A stretch of 63,303 bases of DNA, filler included, from Octopus bimaculoides (GCF_001194135.2; 5 parts of 5 records of this genome joined end to end with filler, not necessarily neighbours in it); one strand, 5' to 3'. Counted from the first letter of the whole stretch, positions 14,939-29,330 are shown. The notes: a model not told the origin generated them from the sequence alone. Translations and numbers: made by a program.

Positions 14939-17900
14939 TTAAAGACGCCTTTCATTAGAAAGTGGGTTTTTATGTGACGTTGTTTTTGCCTGGCCCTCAT
15001 GTCAGCTCTGATGTGAAAGACGTATGGTAAAAGGCATCCACATAATGACCATCCGATCTTTTTCATTCACGTATCATTTAGCTATGAATAACATTTTTTA
15101 AGATGTTGTGTATATTACTGAGGGTGTTTGGGTATCAATTAGTATTTCTATAAGAGCAGCAATTGTATAAAAGCCTCTTGATTGGTTATAAATATGTAAT
15201 TATCTAAACTGCTGAAATAACCCAATGGTTATAACTCACTTTTGTGTAAATACGTGTGTTTCAATGTGAGCTGGAGTGAACATTTCAACGTACAAAAGCA
15301 ATATTCTACACTTAAGTGTATTTTTGTCTGACTGACTGTTTTGCTGAACATCTTAATGACTTGGTAATGACACTCTGATCCCATATCGTTTCCACTCGAC
15401 TGGTTATTCCTTGCAACATCTATTTGTATTTGGACTGGTCTTGAACAGACGTCACTCGCGCACCTGTCTCCATCTGAAGCAGAAATTAATTTTCTTTCTC
15501 CATACTTCAGTCCCTCATGGTCTAACTTCTCAACCCCATTTTCATTTAAATCTTTCCTCCGTTCACATTTACACACCTTTTACCTTCGCACTGCCCATCC
15601 ACTTCTACTCCATATATTCCTTTTCTATACCGTTTAACTCATTACCTAACACCACACATATACCATTTACAAACAGCACATAAATACATCTATACACGCT
15701 CATTCTATCCATTCCGCACACACTAGCACAACGCTTCAAATAGCAAATGTAAAATCACATACGTATACTGCCCAACACCAGCCACTTTTGCCACCTCTAG
15801 TCCCCCAAAACTTTTATGTAGAATGAAACTCTTAAAATCCACGTACCCACACACATACACGTGCCCATATACACGCAAAAACATGCAGAGTATGCACACA
15901 CACATTAGTTTCTTGCACACGTTGCCCAATTAGCCTCCAGCGCACACAAACTGAGAACAGGGACATACGCACATAAACGCACACAATAGCTTCATGTACA
16001 CACGTGTATGATCAGACACATGTCACTTACAGCCTTTAACACATTCACCCATAAACAGTAAGCTAGAACACACACACGTACACACCAATACTCACACGCA
16101 CGCAGTGTACATGCAGACTGTAGCTTCACACATACAACATATGACAGCCTTATACACACACACGTCAGATAACCCCACACACATATACATGCGTCCATAC
16201 AAATATATACACATGCACAGCACATAGAAGATACATGCCATATTAACGTCATTCACATACAAGAGCTTCCTCACACACACGTGCACTACATACACACTAC
16301 CTTCATACTTACCCACTTACTTATTTACACACATGCATACACTTGCCCCCAAACACACATACACAAGCACACATTTGCTTCATATCCATACACTTGCTTG
16401 GTCACATGCACACACATAAGCCAGATCACTGTTGTCTCCCTTGCTACTGATGCCTAAAGATAAATTGATAATTGTCTCCCTTACCACTCACGTCTTTAGC
16501 AGCCTCTTGCTCTTCCGGTCATTTCAACATGTCGTGATTGTATGTTTGAGACTTGTTTGTTTGTTTTTTCTTCTGTTCTCATCTATCCTGTCTGAAGAAG
16601 TGCATATGCTTAAACTGTTAAAAAGACTTCTAATATTTTCTGAGTGAGTGTAAACCTAATATACCTTGTTCGCTTCTTTTTTACTTAGTCTTTGTGTTTT
16701 TTTAGTTTTTGACACACACACATAAAAAGCGAGAAAAGTGAGAGAGAGAGATACACAGTAGTTTTCTAAAGACTTTTTCCTGTTTGACAAGAGGAACATT
16801 TTACTAATATCAAGAGTAACACCTTCACTTTAGTCAAAGTTTTCAAAATCAATAGACCACTGATGTGTAACTTAAAAAAGGGACCCGAATTGATTTTGTT
16901 TCATAAAGCCAAAATGTTATCTCAGGGGAGGGGAAAAGAGCAAATGTTATTTATGATAATTTTCATCAATTTTGAGTTGAATATTTACAAGCAATACTTT
17001 ATAATCTAGTCACTGAGTGCAATGAAATTATCTAAGGCTACTGAAGCAAGGTTCTTAGTTTGTCATACTGATGGAACAGGTCTACCATTCAGACTGTTGT
17101 GGCCATGGAATTATAGACATACCAACTATTTTTATTCTTTTGTATTACATTATCTTATGTATTATTGTTATATTTAAGTCCTAAAGACGTAATCTGATGG
17201 AGACTTAGCTGCTATTTTTTAAGGGGAATCATGTCAAAAAGTTCTTATTGGAGGATTTGAAGGACACAGGGAGAGAAACATTTGGCAATGTATTATAATG
17301 GAAAACTGCAAATGATGAAGTTGCATATTTGCTAGTTATAATTGCCTGGTGTTATATTTTGCACTTGAAGAATTTGTTTGTGCTCATGGTCTATACCTAT
17401 TATTGCCTTCCTAATTATGTGATTTCTGCCACATATTTTAAACAGCTCCACTTATATATGTATTCAACCCTGTAGCATTTCAATCAGCCAGACCCAGCTT
17501 CTCATACTTATTCTACAATGTCATTTCAAAAATAAACAATCACATCATTGGAATCTCGAAATTATGAAATAATGAGTGATAAATTCAGAACAATGTGAAT
17601 AAATAAGCATCACATTTGATAGAATAATCTGAATGCTAAAGGGGGTTCAATGTGGAAATCATTGGTGACTGATTTTATTCTAATGATTAAAGTTGGTCAG
17701 GTTTAATCTAGAGAAAATATTTTTGTTTTTTATTCAGTTTGGTCTGGTGGAAGATGCCACTTTTATTATGTTTGGTTGTTTAGTCTTAAATGCTGCAGAA
17801 TGGACTCACCAGACCCTTTCTTTCCTTTGAGTCACATGATCCAGTGGCTTGCCAAACTAGTTGCATGTATTGGTCAGTTGCTAACTGTCCAATCGTGTGT

Positions 17901-20129
17901 TTGCAACAGTTTGTTATCAATGCTGTAAAGACTACTTTGTCACTGGAACCTACCCAGGGTTATAGAAACCCTTGTATTCTGCCTCGCTTTGTCTTTGGCA
18001 GCCTTTGCCCACACATCATGTCTCTTTTGACTAGTGTCGATGAACCAGAAATCCAGCCTGTCTCACAGCTTTCTTCGACCAGCCTTCTCTGGTCTTCATT
18101 GTTACTGCAACAGACAACAGACACAGCAGAACTGAAGTCATGTATCCTTGTTCCAGACTGTAATATAATCATCATTCACTTTTGGCAATCTTATTTTTAT
18201 AACGAGAGGAATAGATCAGTGCTTATTCAACTTATCCAAACATTATCATTTCATTCTTCTTTATTTGTTATAACTGCAATGGTATTGCTGCAGAGAATGG
18301 CCGAAGAGACAAAGCTAACACCAGAAGGCATCCTGTCTGACTTACTAATGATTCAGCCAGTTCACCCTTTTACACTTTTTGTGAGCCCGGAGGATTGAAA
18401 GGCAAAGTTAAACTTGGTAGTGTTAGATCTCAGACGGCAAGAAACTTGAATAAGTATCAGAAGGCATTTGGTCCAATACTTTAACAAGCCTGTCTCCTCA
18501 CCCAGTAAATTGTGAGGTAGCTAGTTAATGCTGGAAAAGATATCGTTGTTAGTTATTTGTTGGCGAAATAATACTTAAAAAATTTATATTGTTGCTTACT
18601 GCACATCAGCTACAGTTTAACAGATTGTAATTATTTACTTCCCAGTAGATTTTCACTACAAAGTGTATCACAAACAACTAGATTATAAAATGCACCCTTC
18701 ACTTTTGTGATTGTAGGGTATATTTGTTTAAGACAACTGGCATGAATAGAAACCTTGCATTATGATATAAATAAATGAGAAGAGTGGTACATGGTATGGG
18801 GTACATGAGTACAGATTCTATGCTTGGTAATGACCTGATAAATTTGAGATTAAACTACCAAAATAGTGGACCTGATTATTATATGTGCAGATCTTACTTT
18901 GGACATGATGTTCTTCTTCTAACTAAGATACACAACTGCATGCATATTTTTTCATAACTGACAAATGCAAGTTAAAATCTATGTTGTTATTGAGAGTTTA
19001 GCATTAATAGCAGCATTTATCTTTAAAATCAGTTACACCAAAAATCAAACAAAAAGACTGAATTGAAATGGTGAAAACCAGGGTATGTGCATGGTAGACA
19101 TGTTAGAATAAACATAGGCTGGAAATTATTTGGAGAAAGGGATCACAGTAGATACATTTTCTGCTGTAATAGGTTAAAGTTAGAGAGAAATTCTTGTCTT
19201 GAAAATGAAAAAAAAAAAAAAAATGGATATGGTAAAATTAATGGGGAAATAATATATATTGGAAAGGGGATGAATGAGGTGTTTCTGCAAATTTTGATTT
19301 GCTTTTGCTTAGCACAACAAACACTTCAGAAAACCAAGACTGCGAATTACCCTCAAAATATTTGAAAGAAAAATTTAGCCAGTATTTAATATGGGACTTA
19401 GAGACAAGGATAGGCTCAAGACTATCTGTTGGGCTTCTCCCTAAAAATGTATGGCCTCATTGAATTTCTAGAGGACTCTCCAACTCATAAATACCCAAAT
19501 CAATTTTGTTTTAATATGCCTTTGAGCTCTGGTTGCCACATACTGCTACATCTACTCCCAAGCATCTCTCTGAAAGTTAAATAAGCCAGTAGAGCAGCCT
19601 TGTTTAGATAACAGTTGAATTTCTTTCATCACCCATTCCTAGTTAATTTAAAGAACACAGTACATAATGTAGTCCTAGACATAATATATATGCAGATAAA
19701 AATGTATTATTGTCATAGTGGGGACAATTTTGATCATAAGTCTGTCAGGTTTATCTGTACTGGCCTGGTGTAAACAATAACAACACCAGCAATTAAAATC
19801 GAATTGTGCCAAGATGATCATTTATAATTTAATACTTGCTGATCTGTGGTCGTTCATAATACAGGTACTGAATCAGTCTTTACTATGTCTGATTTGCAAA
19901 CAATACAAATTTCAAAGCTGAAAAAAAGTAATTAAAACTTTGGAAAAGATAAAGTTGTGAAAAGATAAAGAAAACAAAAATCAGAATTAGAAAACATTTG
20001 CCAATTAGATTCTAAGTTATATATATTTTTAAGTATAACATGGTTTAATATGTAATTATCATGCTGAAACAATTATGTGCTATTTGCTATCATAGTCTGA
20101 AAATATAACACTCTTGATTTTTGTTTTAG

Positions 20130-20177
20130 TGGAAAAGAAATGGCTGAAGCAAGAAAGCTGCAAACAAAACATTGCTG
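20130..20177 (+). CDS. Possible small upstream exon of the RH gene (phase 1-1, VEKKWLKQESCKQNIA), or a 5'UTR exon
   Basis: Strong acceptor tcttgatttttgttttAG, weak donor G|GTATAG. In frame with the 22942 exon. No homology support. Confidence 0.35.
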
Positions 20178-20443
20178 GTATAGACGGACAAAATGGAATT
20201 TGTATAATTTCACTGACTTTTATTTAAATTTTTCTTTGTTCTTTAGCCCCAGGTAAAGCCTGAGCAATAAAAATACTGTCTGTTTTTATAAGATATAGTG
20301 AGCATAGTAATTCATTACCCAATGTGTTCTGTTGATTTCCAGAAATATTAAAGCATTATTTGTGGGAGATTTAGCTACTATTTCTAATTGTCAAATGACA
20401 ATATAAATACTCATTTTATTGGCTAGCTTACAAAAAGGATCAT

Positions 20444-20495
<52 letters not shown>

Positions 20496-20539
20496 GAAGT
20501 ATATTTGCCATTTAAATGTGGCTGACCCCTAAGGGTGGA

Positions 20540-20639
20540 NNNNNNNNNNNNNNNNNNNNNNNNNNNNNNNNNNNNNNNNNNNNTTAATTAATTAANNNNN
20601 NNNNNNNNNNNNNNNNNNNNNNNNNNNNNNNNNNNNNNN
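20540..20639. other. Artificial assembly spacer N44-TTAATTAATTAA-N44 (also at 41352, 55149 and 60526)
   Basis: An identical 100-bp layout occurs four times. The 12-mer carries stops in all six frames. Confidence 0.9.
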
Positions 20640-22941
20640 TGTGTGTGTGTGTGTGTGTGTGTGTGTTTATGGAAATTTATTCTGAAGTCGTGTTCTTTAT
20701 TGTATTTCAGCTTTTATTAGTAGAAACTTTGGTGAGGAAGAACCAGTCCTTGACTCAAGTAAGTTACCATAAAAATGATGCAGTTTAGTCGTATTTGTGT
20801 TGATATTTTATAGTATTGTTTCAAATTTTATTCTGCAGGCTCACTGTTGGCAGTTTCGTTAGCACGTCGGGGGAAAAAAAATGTTAAGTAGCGTTTCTTC
20901 CGGCTCTACATTTTGAGTTCAAATTCTGCCGAGGTTGATTTTGTCTTATATCCTTTCGGGGTCGATAAAATTAGTACCAGCTGAGTACTGGCGACAATGT
21001 ATTCGACTAGCTTCCTCCTCTCAAAAGTTTGGGTCTTCCATCTTTAGTAGAAAGAACCCTTATAAAACACTTCGTCTTTTTTTTTTAAATAAAAGGGATA
21101 TTTTACGTAGAGAAGAAAGGTGTTATGTAGAGTATTAGTGTTTAAATGTAGAAACAAATAAAGATAAAAACAGCACACTATCTGAATAATAAAAACAAAA
21201 CAAAGCAAATATACAAAAAATAATGGATAGCAAGTAAGAAACACCCGGAATGTACCTAAAGTGAAATCGCAAAAGAAATTGCAGTACGATTCGTATTTAA
21301 CCCTGTTTGAATGCTATGCATAGAAGGCTCTGTGTGGATGCTACAACAACACCTAAGAGACATTTATTAGTAACTCAGCGTTTGAGTAATATTTAAGTGG
21401 GTCATAAATTATAAAGTTCCACAACAAGTCTGCACAATCAAAGGAATAATTCAGTCGCGTTCATAGCTCAGCAATGAAGTTGTCAAGACAGGAGAAAATA
21501 TATACAGTAGATTAATATCGGCCAACTATATCGACATATCCAATTTGAGCAGAAAGTAGTGAAAGCGACTGTTATAAATGGCAAGGGAGTATGTGGAGCT
21601 GGACCGTAGGTCACCACGCACTCTGAAAATTGGAGCTGAAAAAGAAATCGTTATATAACCTTTGTGCCGTAATATTCGAGAAGGATCAAGAATAATTTAT
21701 CATGAGAAGTCTTGATACTGATAGGTCAATAACGTGACCTCTTACGCAAACAAAGTTGTGTTATGTCGTGACTTAGGCTTCGTAATATGACGAGTCTTGC
21801 TACAACCCTTTGTTTGTCATGTGTATCACATGTGTCACACTCGACTGTCATACAAAATAGTAAAATACATAAGATAATGTAGCTCTGGAACAATCTAAAA
21901 GACGGAATGATAAATGTTGTAATATCTTTGTCCCTGGGTTACTCAATCATAGTTGACCTAAAATTAAAAAAAAAGACATGTAAGTTATAAGGATAGAGAG
22001 TATGTAAAAACAAACATGTCGCGACAAACAACAAACAGTACAAGTCAACACTTTCTTCGACAAACAAACTGCATTAGAATACCGAAGAACAAATGCAAAT
22101 TTCCTTCTTGTTTCCCTAATAAATATGATTCTAGTTCTTTTAAATCTTGATCTATTGATGAATTTTATGGCAGCTCCTCACTAGATTTTCATAATGTTTC
22201 TTATCCTTTGGTAACTAAAGTTGTTGCTTGAGGCCTTTTTTTTTTATTGTTGGTTGCTCACCACTTCATAGGGAGAGTTTATAAAAGTTGTCACATCAAG
22301 AAAATTTGTCTGAAATTGTTTGTTTGTTGATATCTTTTGACAGCAATGTTGCTTACTCAGAAAGAAGAATATTCTCAGATTAATTCATTTGCACACATCA
22401 AAAAATATCGCATTCAACAGAGTTAATAAAGTGACAGAAATTGTAACAGCACAGGACTAAATGATGTACATCATTTAAATTTCGGGTTCATTATCTATCA
22501 AGCTTTGGCATTTTCTCTATTTCATTCAATCAAACAAGATTCTAGCACTTGCTACTAAATATGTCCCAATGCTGGAAATGAATTTTACTTTATATGTGAG
22601 GACAATAAATAGTGTAGAAATGTAAGATTCTAGCTTAAAATTCTTTATAGTGTTTACTTTCATCCTTTTACGCTGTGAATTAAAACCTTATGTAACTTGA
22701 TATCATTTTTTATCCCCTTTGAGTGAAGGAAGCAAGTCCCAATAAGATTTTAGTGTTGATATTTTCACCATCATCGCTTCTCGTATAAAAAATAAGGGCT
22801 AAGTGACTAATGAATACAAAAGTAAAAAGCAAAAGCAAAATAATGAAAAGAGGGAAAACTATACTCAGTTTAATAGTATAACTAGTAGAAAGGTTTTAGT
22901 TATTTGCATTTATTTAAATAACTTCTGTTTCTTTTATACAG

Positions 22942-24915
22942 GGATCGTTGAAAAATATGAGCATTGTGTGAGGAGGCCGGATCAGAGAAATTCTATGAGA
23001 AATGGTATAGAACCAGCACCTAATAATAGACCCCCACACACTCTTACAAAGAATAAATCTCGAGAAAGTTTAACGAGTAGAAAGTCATCATCTTCGCTAA
23101 AAAGCATTGGAGGCGATTCTATGCAAAACAAAACTAAAACGAAGACAAAAGGACGGACATCACCGAGTGTAAAGAGCACGAAAATAAACGACAAACATGT
23201 CAGGTGTTCTATATCTCCATCGTCTTCGTGGTATTATGATCCACTAAATGCTGTATGCAACATTCCATCAATAAAACCAGTCCGAAGTTCATCTACTGGA
23301 GCGTTAGTCAATATTAATGACAGATTCCAGCCAAAACGAAGTGCAAGCTGTAATAATAATCCGCTTGTGAAACGAAATTCTCTTAAAAAGCATAACAGTT
23401 CCTTGGATCAGAATCTAAACCATTCAGTTTCGAACTGTAGTTTAGTTGGCTCGACTGAAACCGGAAGTAAGTTATCCACGTCGAACTGTGTCAAAATCCG
23501 GAAATGCCGTACGCGTTCTCCTAGTATAAGAAGTGTTAATGATGATATAATTGGTTCTTCCCCTAAAGAAAACACCAATGAAATGTCTTGCTCTGACACT
23601 TCAACCAAAACACTCACCTCAGAAATGATGAAGGGTATTCATAAGCAACATCCGTCTACCCAAAGCTCTCCGTCCAGTAAAAGCAGTAAGCAAAATATTT
23701 CGCCAAAATCAGAAGCGACTCAAGCCAAAAGACAGTCTAATGATTCAAAGGAATTATCGCAAACTGAAAGCCTTGAAGAGATAGTGAAAAATTCTTCAAA
23801 TTTACCAGCTACAAAAGAGAAGAGTAAAACGAATCCTAAAATGTATGCTTCTGCATTTTCTTCATCGTCCACTTCATCTTCATCATCCTCTCTGAAGGCT
23901 CCAATAGCTGCCGCCGCTGCAGTTGCGCTTGGTCCACAAGGGGATTGCGAGACGCTGGCTTTTCGAAAGACAAGCAATAGGTCTTCTAGTAAAATTAATC
24001 GAAAATCTTGGCCATTTTACCAAAATCAGTTGCTTGATGTTTGTCAAGGAGCGCCTGGTGTCCCCAAGCTGAAATCTAGCCCCCTTTCAACTGACCGTTT
24101 AACCAGAATTGAAAAGAAGAAGCAACGCAGTCAATCATTTGATAAGGACGGTGTTGCCAGTTTGACGACACCTTATATTAACACTCCGGCTAACGCTCAG
24201 CCAAAGATATCTAATTATTCTATCACCTCCTCTGGTTCATTCGTTTCAGCTAGCAGCTACTCTACAGAATCTTATGAGTCTTTATTCACATCAGAAGAAT
24301 GCAACGAAGCAACGGAAGAAACCAGTATGAAACATTGCTCTTCTCACACCGAGTCATCACCTACTCTTCAATATGTCAGTGCAGAAGGTGCATCTGTCGG
24401 TGGTAGTACGTCAGCAGAATCCTTTGCAACGGTCAATGAGTCGGCCACAGAACACGTTTCCGTCAACGGTAGTACATCAGCTGATTCTTTTGCAACCGTA
24501 GATGGTTCTTCTGCAGATTCTTCTCAGAGCATGCGCAGATTTCCACCTCCACTTCAAGAACAACCAGCGCCACCAGGTCCGACGTTATTGTTAACAACTT
24601 CAACTTCCACCGATTCATCTCAGTCATCGTTGTCACCTTCTCTTTCTCCTCGTTTTCGCTCTTTGCAGGCGTCACCTTTTGTGCCAACTGCTTCACCCAT
24701 TTCACCCTCTTCATCAACATCATTAACACCAAATGCCTCAAGCGATCCAAACGTACAATCAGTACATGCATCACCTGCAAAAACTTGTACATCTTCTTCG
24801 ACACAATGTTCACCGTCAGACATTTCAAACACCGAATTCTTGCCTTCAAATATGTTAGGAACTCTTATCGGTTTCGATGTACTCTCTATAAACTCTATCA
24901 ACAGATATTCCAAAG
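22942..24915 (+). CDS. Large internal coding exon (phase 1-1) of an RH-domain (Rubicon/PLEKHM1/DEF8-family) gene; Ser/Thr/Pro-rich low-complexity region
   Basis: Lies within the 718-aa ORF 22803..24959. Polypyrimidine acceptor ttctgtttcttttatacAG ends at 22941 and donor AAAG|GTATGC starts at 24916. The frame is open for 1974 bp in stop-rich DNA, and the phase matches the next exon. Confidence 0.9.
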
Positions 24916-25058
24916 GTATGCTTTCTTCTTTTCTTTACTTCTTTTTTGTTTTCTTTTGAAGTATTTGCATAAAATAAAAAAAGAAACCATAAATACATTT
25001 AATAAGCATACATAAATCAAATACGTATGTACTTATGTAAATATTGAAATTTAAAATA

Positions 25059-25582
25059 CAGGGTGTCCACAAAGTCTGGGTACATGGGATTAACACATAC
25101 TTCTAAAACAAAACAATTTTATTTAATTATAATGTTAATAAATAATATTTTCAAAATGATTTCCATCATTTTCACTGCATAACTTGATGCGCCTTGCAAA
25201 ATTCAGGTGAACTCAATTAAATAAGTCTACACTGCCATCAATTTCTGCACACTGACTGGTAATGCGTTCTCTCATGTGGTTTAAATCTGTAATCTTTATT
25301 GAGTAAACTTTCTCTTTCAACATACCCCAGAAAAAGAAGTCAAGAGGAGAAAGGTCTGGTGAATGAGGAGACCATTCCACATGACCCCTTCTTCCAATCC
25401 AGTGAGGAAAAGTGTCATTAAGTCAATCTCTAACAGTTGTGGCAAAATGGGCTGGGGTCCCATCCTGCTGAAACAAATTCAGAAGTCCCTCGCCTTGGCG
25501 CTCAATTTAAGGTATTAATTTGCCTCTCAACATGTTTAAATGTCTCACCCGATACATGTACCCAGACTTTGTGGACACCCTG
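25059..25582 (-). mobile_element. Non-autonomous Tc1/mariner (maT/DD37D-like) deletion derivative
   Basis: Perfect 28-bp TIRs cagggtgtccacaaagtctgggtacatg, flanked by TA on both sides. Internal minus-strand remnant QQDG.PAH...W.PHSPDLSPLDFFFWGYVKEKVY. Confidence 0.92.
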
Positions 25583-25943
25583 TAGAATCGTGCTTTGAGT
25601 AAACATATTTTTACTTTGGCCGAGAGGAATGAAATTGAGGCATTGCTTAAACTACATGCTTTTCTATGTATAATCATGAAAAAGGATTTTATTTATTACT
25701 GGTTTCCATATTTTTTTTTGCTGGTTCATCAGAGATCGTTTGCTCATTTTATTGACCCTCTCTGCCGGGGAAAATTGCAGCAAGTAGCTATTTATTGCAT
25801 ACACAAACTCACATAGAATGAAAATTCTCTGTCGTACTTTGAGTAATATGGAAAACGTAGCCAACGTTATTAACCATTTTGTCTGTCCAGAGTATTTTCA
25901 TGAATTTCTTCTGAAAGGTTCATTCTTGTTTTCGAACTGTTAA

Positions 25944-26119
25944 CCCTTTTCCCATACGTACCTAATAATATAAAGCTTTCCTTTCATAGGTCCTGAGTTA
26001 ATCTGTGTATCACGTGGTAGGTGGAGGAAAAGAAAAAGGGAAATGTGTATTATATATGATGCATGGACGCCCATAAAGTATGTCCTGTGTATCACGTGAC
26101 ACAAAAGACATGCAAAGGG
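25944..26119. mobile_element. piggyBac-like MITE
   Basis: TTAA-CCCTTT...AAAGGG-TTAA termini. The internal motif ctgtgtatcacgtg occurs twice. Confidence 0.55.
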
Positions 26120-27159
26120 TTAATTGTCAGACGTATTGTACAAAGTGTTTTGAGTAAATAGTGATGTAAGGTAAACTGATAAGTATGCTTTTTGGTAAAC
26201 AAATATTTTTAGTCTTAGTGTAAAGAAGATATTGTATTTAAGCCACTTGTATTTTTTTTCATTGTGACGAGGAAAATGAGATCAATCTGGATAATTCAAG
26301 CGTTTTTTTTACTGTTTCATTAAAGATCAGCTATTTATTTATTTATTTATTTATTGACCACAGAAAGAATGCAGCTGTAACTGATTACTTTATACATAAA
26401 CTTGGTTAGAACTTAATTCTATACGAGTGTTTGTATTCTATTGATATTGTCTTCTGTTTTTAATTATTTGAAATCTTCTTGTAAAGAATGAGCTGGTTTA
26501 GAAAAAAGATACAAATCCTACATCGTTGGAATATAGAGAACAATGACAAAATCACAAAAGTGTTGCATATTTTTACTGTTCCGATTACCGATTGCATTTG
26601 TAATGTATGTATGTTTACGCACCCCACCCACCCGGAACAACGCCCGGGCATCGGAAACTCGGAGTTTTATCATGGCTACTGAATAAGTGTCACATATTTT
26701 TACAGATACATTCCTCTATTTGCATAATATCGAGGTCTCTTTCTTTCTTTTGTTGCCACTCCTGCCATATATATATATATATATATATANNNNNNNNNNN
26801 NNNNNNNNNNNNNNNNNNNNNNNNNNNNNNNNNNNNNNNNNNNNNNNNNNNNNNNNNNNNNNNNNNNNNNNNNNNNNNNNNNNNNNNNNNNNNNNNNNNN
26901 NNNNNNNNNNNNNNNNNNNNNNNNNNNNNNNNNNNNNNNNNNNNNNNNNNNNNNNNNNNNNNNNNNNNNNNNNNNNNNNNNNNNNNNNNNNNNNNNNNNN
27001 NNNNNNNNNNNNNNNNNNNNNNNNNNNNNNNNNNNNNNNNNNNNNNNNNNNNNNNNNNNNNNNNNNNNNNNNNNNNNNNNNNNNNNNNNNNNNNNNNNNN
27101 NNNNNNNNNNNNNNNNNNNNNNNNNNNNNNNNNNNNNNNNNNNNNNNNNNNNNNNNNNN

Positions 27160-27209
<50 letters not shown>

Positions 27210-28697
27210 ACACAATAAAGTTAACCATGGCTCCTAAATGGTCTTATGCCTAAAATGCCATTAAATTATACGCCTGTTCAGTGATGGCTAACCTGGGGGC
27301 CAAAAAACAACCCACAATATTAAAATGCTACGCCCATTCCTCTTTTTTCTCCTTTTAACTCTAAAATAAGATGTCAGTATTTCGTATTTAAATATGTAAA
27401 GACAAAAAAAGATCCATATTTAAAAAAAGAATTGAGACATAGGCCATTCTTGGAACTAGCTATTAGAAATTTAGGGTCGATTCACAGGTGTAGACGGGAT
27501 GTTTGAATTTTGCAGATTTGATCGCAAGCAATTTTATCATACAAGTGGTGAGATATTTAATTTGTGTTAGGGTGAGATTTTGTCACTGTTAAACAAATAA
27601 TTGAACGTATTTTTCTCTCTCGGTATTTCGGTGATTCATTGTTGAATTTGTCAAGCATTTTTGTGTGCCTAAGACAGCGGAACAAAGTATCAGATCTCTT
27701 CCCCCTCCCAACAGATATCAGCTTACTTTAACGCACGAATATCAGCTTGTTTATCTGTCGGTTTTTCTTATCTACACTACATTGATCGCCCACTCAGTTT
27801 TCTTATCTACACTACATTGATCGTCCACTCAGTTTTCTTCTTTCTTCTGCGTTAATTTCCCTCTTTTTTTTTTTATAATCCTGTTAAAAACTGAGTCAAT
27901 GAGTCGATAGGCTGTGAAAATCTGCCAGTAGCATACAGGCGCATAAGGCAGTGATCCTGTATGACCGTTATTGTTATTCGTCATTGGAACACCTTAACTC
28001 TTTTGACAATGTGTAGTCAGATATACACGATGTATGCAATCAGATATTCACGCTCGAATCCACCAGGATATATTAAGAATGTATGTATTATTGTTTGGAA
28101 TATCACACCATTAAATATTATCTGTTTTGCAGAGATCATTACGCGTCATCATATAATTTGTTTGCCGATTCTTATAAACAGTAGCTCGTACTTGTATGAA
28201 ATTCATCGGTCCGGCGGAGTAGCTTTGATTCAGGAGGCACACAATGAGGTCAAAATGTCACAGCACTTCAAAGTCTGCTAAGGTCATTTATTTACATGTT
28301 TTAAGGACACACATCGTTTGATAAGAGTCGAGTACTCTTCAAGGACGAAACAACAAGAGCCCTCAAATATTCGTGATTGAATATCCCAGATAGAAGTATT
28401 AAGCACTTTCTGTTACAAAAAGATTTACTGAAAGATGTATTGAGTGCCTGGTTTTGCACTCAAAATCGCAAGATCTTGGTTTCGATTCTCAGGCCAGGTG
28501 CTGCGTTGTTTTCTCGATCAAAATACCCCATTTCAAGAAGTTCAGTCCATACTGCTGTAAATCTGTAATCCTGCGACGCAGGGGTAATTTTAGGATCTCC
28601 ATCAGTTAATCGCCATGGAATCCGGATAACCATGCCTATTAGTTCTAGTACTCGAGACAATAATATCCAGTGGACGTACTTAAATTTTTATGTATGA

Positions 28698-28848
28698 ATG
28701 CAGGCATGGCTGTGTGGTAAGAAGCTTACTTTCCAACCACCTGATTCCTGGTTCAGTCCCATTGCGTAGCACCTTGGGCAAGTGTCTTCTACTATATCAT
28801 CAAGCTGACAAAAAACCTTGTGAGTGGATTTGGTAAACGGAAACCCAT

Positions 28849-28885
<37 letters not shown>

Positions 28886-29079
28886 ATTTGTGCTTATCCT
28901 CTGCCACCGCGTGACAAGCGGTATTGGTGTGTTTACGTCTCTATATCTCGGCAAAAGAAACCGATAGAATTATTATGAAGCTTGAAAAAAAATGGGCTTG
29001 ATTCATTTGACCATAAACTTTTACAATCGGTGCCACAGAATGACCGCAGTCTAACTCCAGAAACGAGTAAAAGATAAAG

Positions 29080-29080
<1 letters not shown>
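28698..29080 (+). mobile_element. SINE, same family as 54072..54480, directly upstream of the 29170 exon
   Basis: gcatggctgtgtggtaagaagc head, (TG)n centre and gagtaaaagataaa tail. Confidence 0.82.
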
Positions 29081-29120
<40 letters not shown>

Positions 29121-29169
29121 TCATGTATGCATGTATCTATTATACTGTATTATTTTCTTATTTGTTCAG

Positions 29170-29330
29170 GGGAAACCTCTCCATCACACAGTAACGAAGT
29201 TGAATGCGGTTCTTTTCCGATTACTCCGGACGACAGTGTCAGCGATTTGACGACACCCCGTCATTCTTATGCAGAGAGCATGGTTGACCAGATCAGTTTA
29301 AATAGTACCAGTACGTCAGATGGTAGCCAG
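29170..29330 (+). CDS. Coding exon of RH-domain gene (phase 1-0), GETSPSHSNEVECGSFPITPDDSVSDLTTPRHSYAESMVDQISLNSTSTSDGSQ
   Basis: Acceptor ttcttatttgttcAG and donor CAG|GTTTAG. Phase-compatible with both neighbouring exons, with similar Ser-rich composition. Confidence 0.8.

Noticed and set aside
17790-18398. 202-aa plus-strand ORF
   Set aside because: No recognisable domain, no convincing splice sites in frame, and its end runs into a SINE remnant. The minus strand looks like decayed retroelement or non-coding sequence.
21300-21700. Ancient Tc1/mariner remnant on the minus strand
   Set aside because: Only faint motif traces (GPAPHT, WP) and no clear TIRs, so too degenerate to support.
22803-22941. 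N-terminal 46 codons of the 718-aa ORF as the real start
   Set aside because: It starts at GTG and contains a polypyrimidine tract and AG acceptor, so it reads as intron. The residues after 24915 (MLSSFLYFFFVFF) are likewise intronic.
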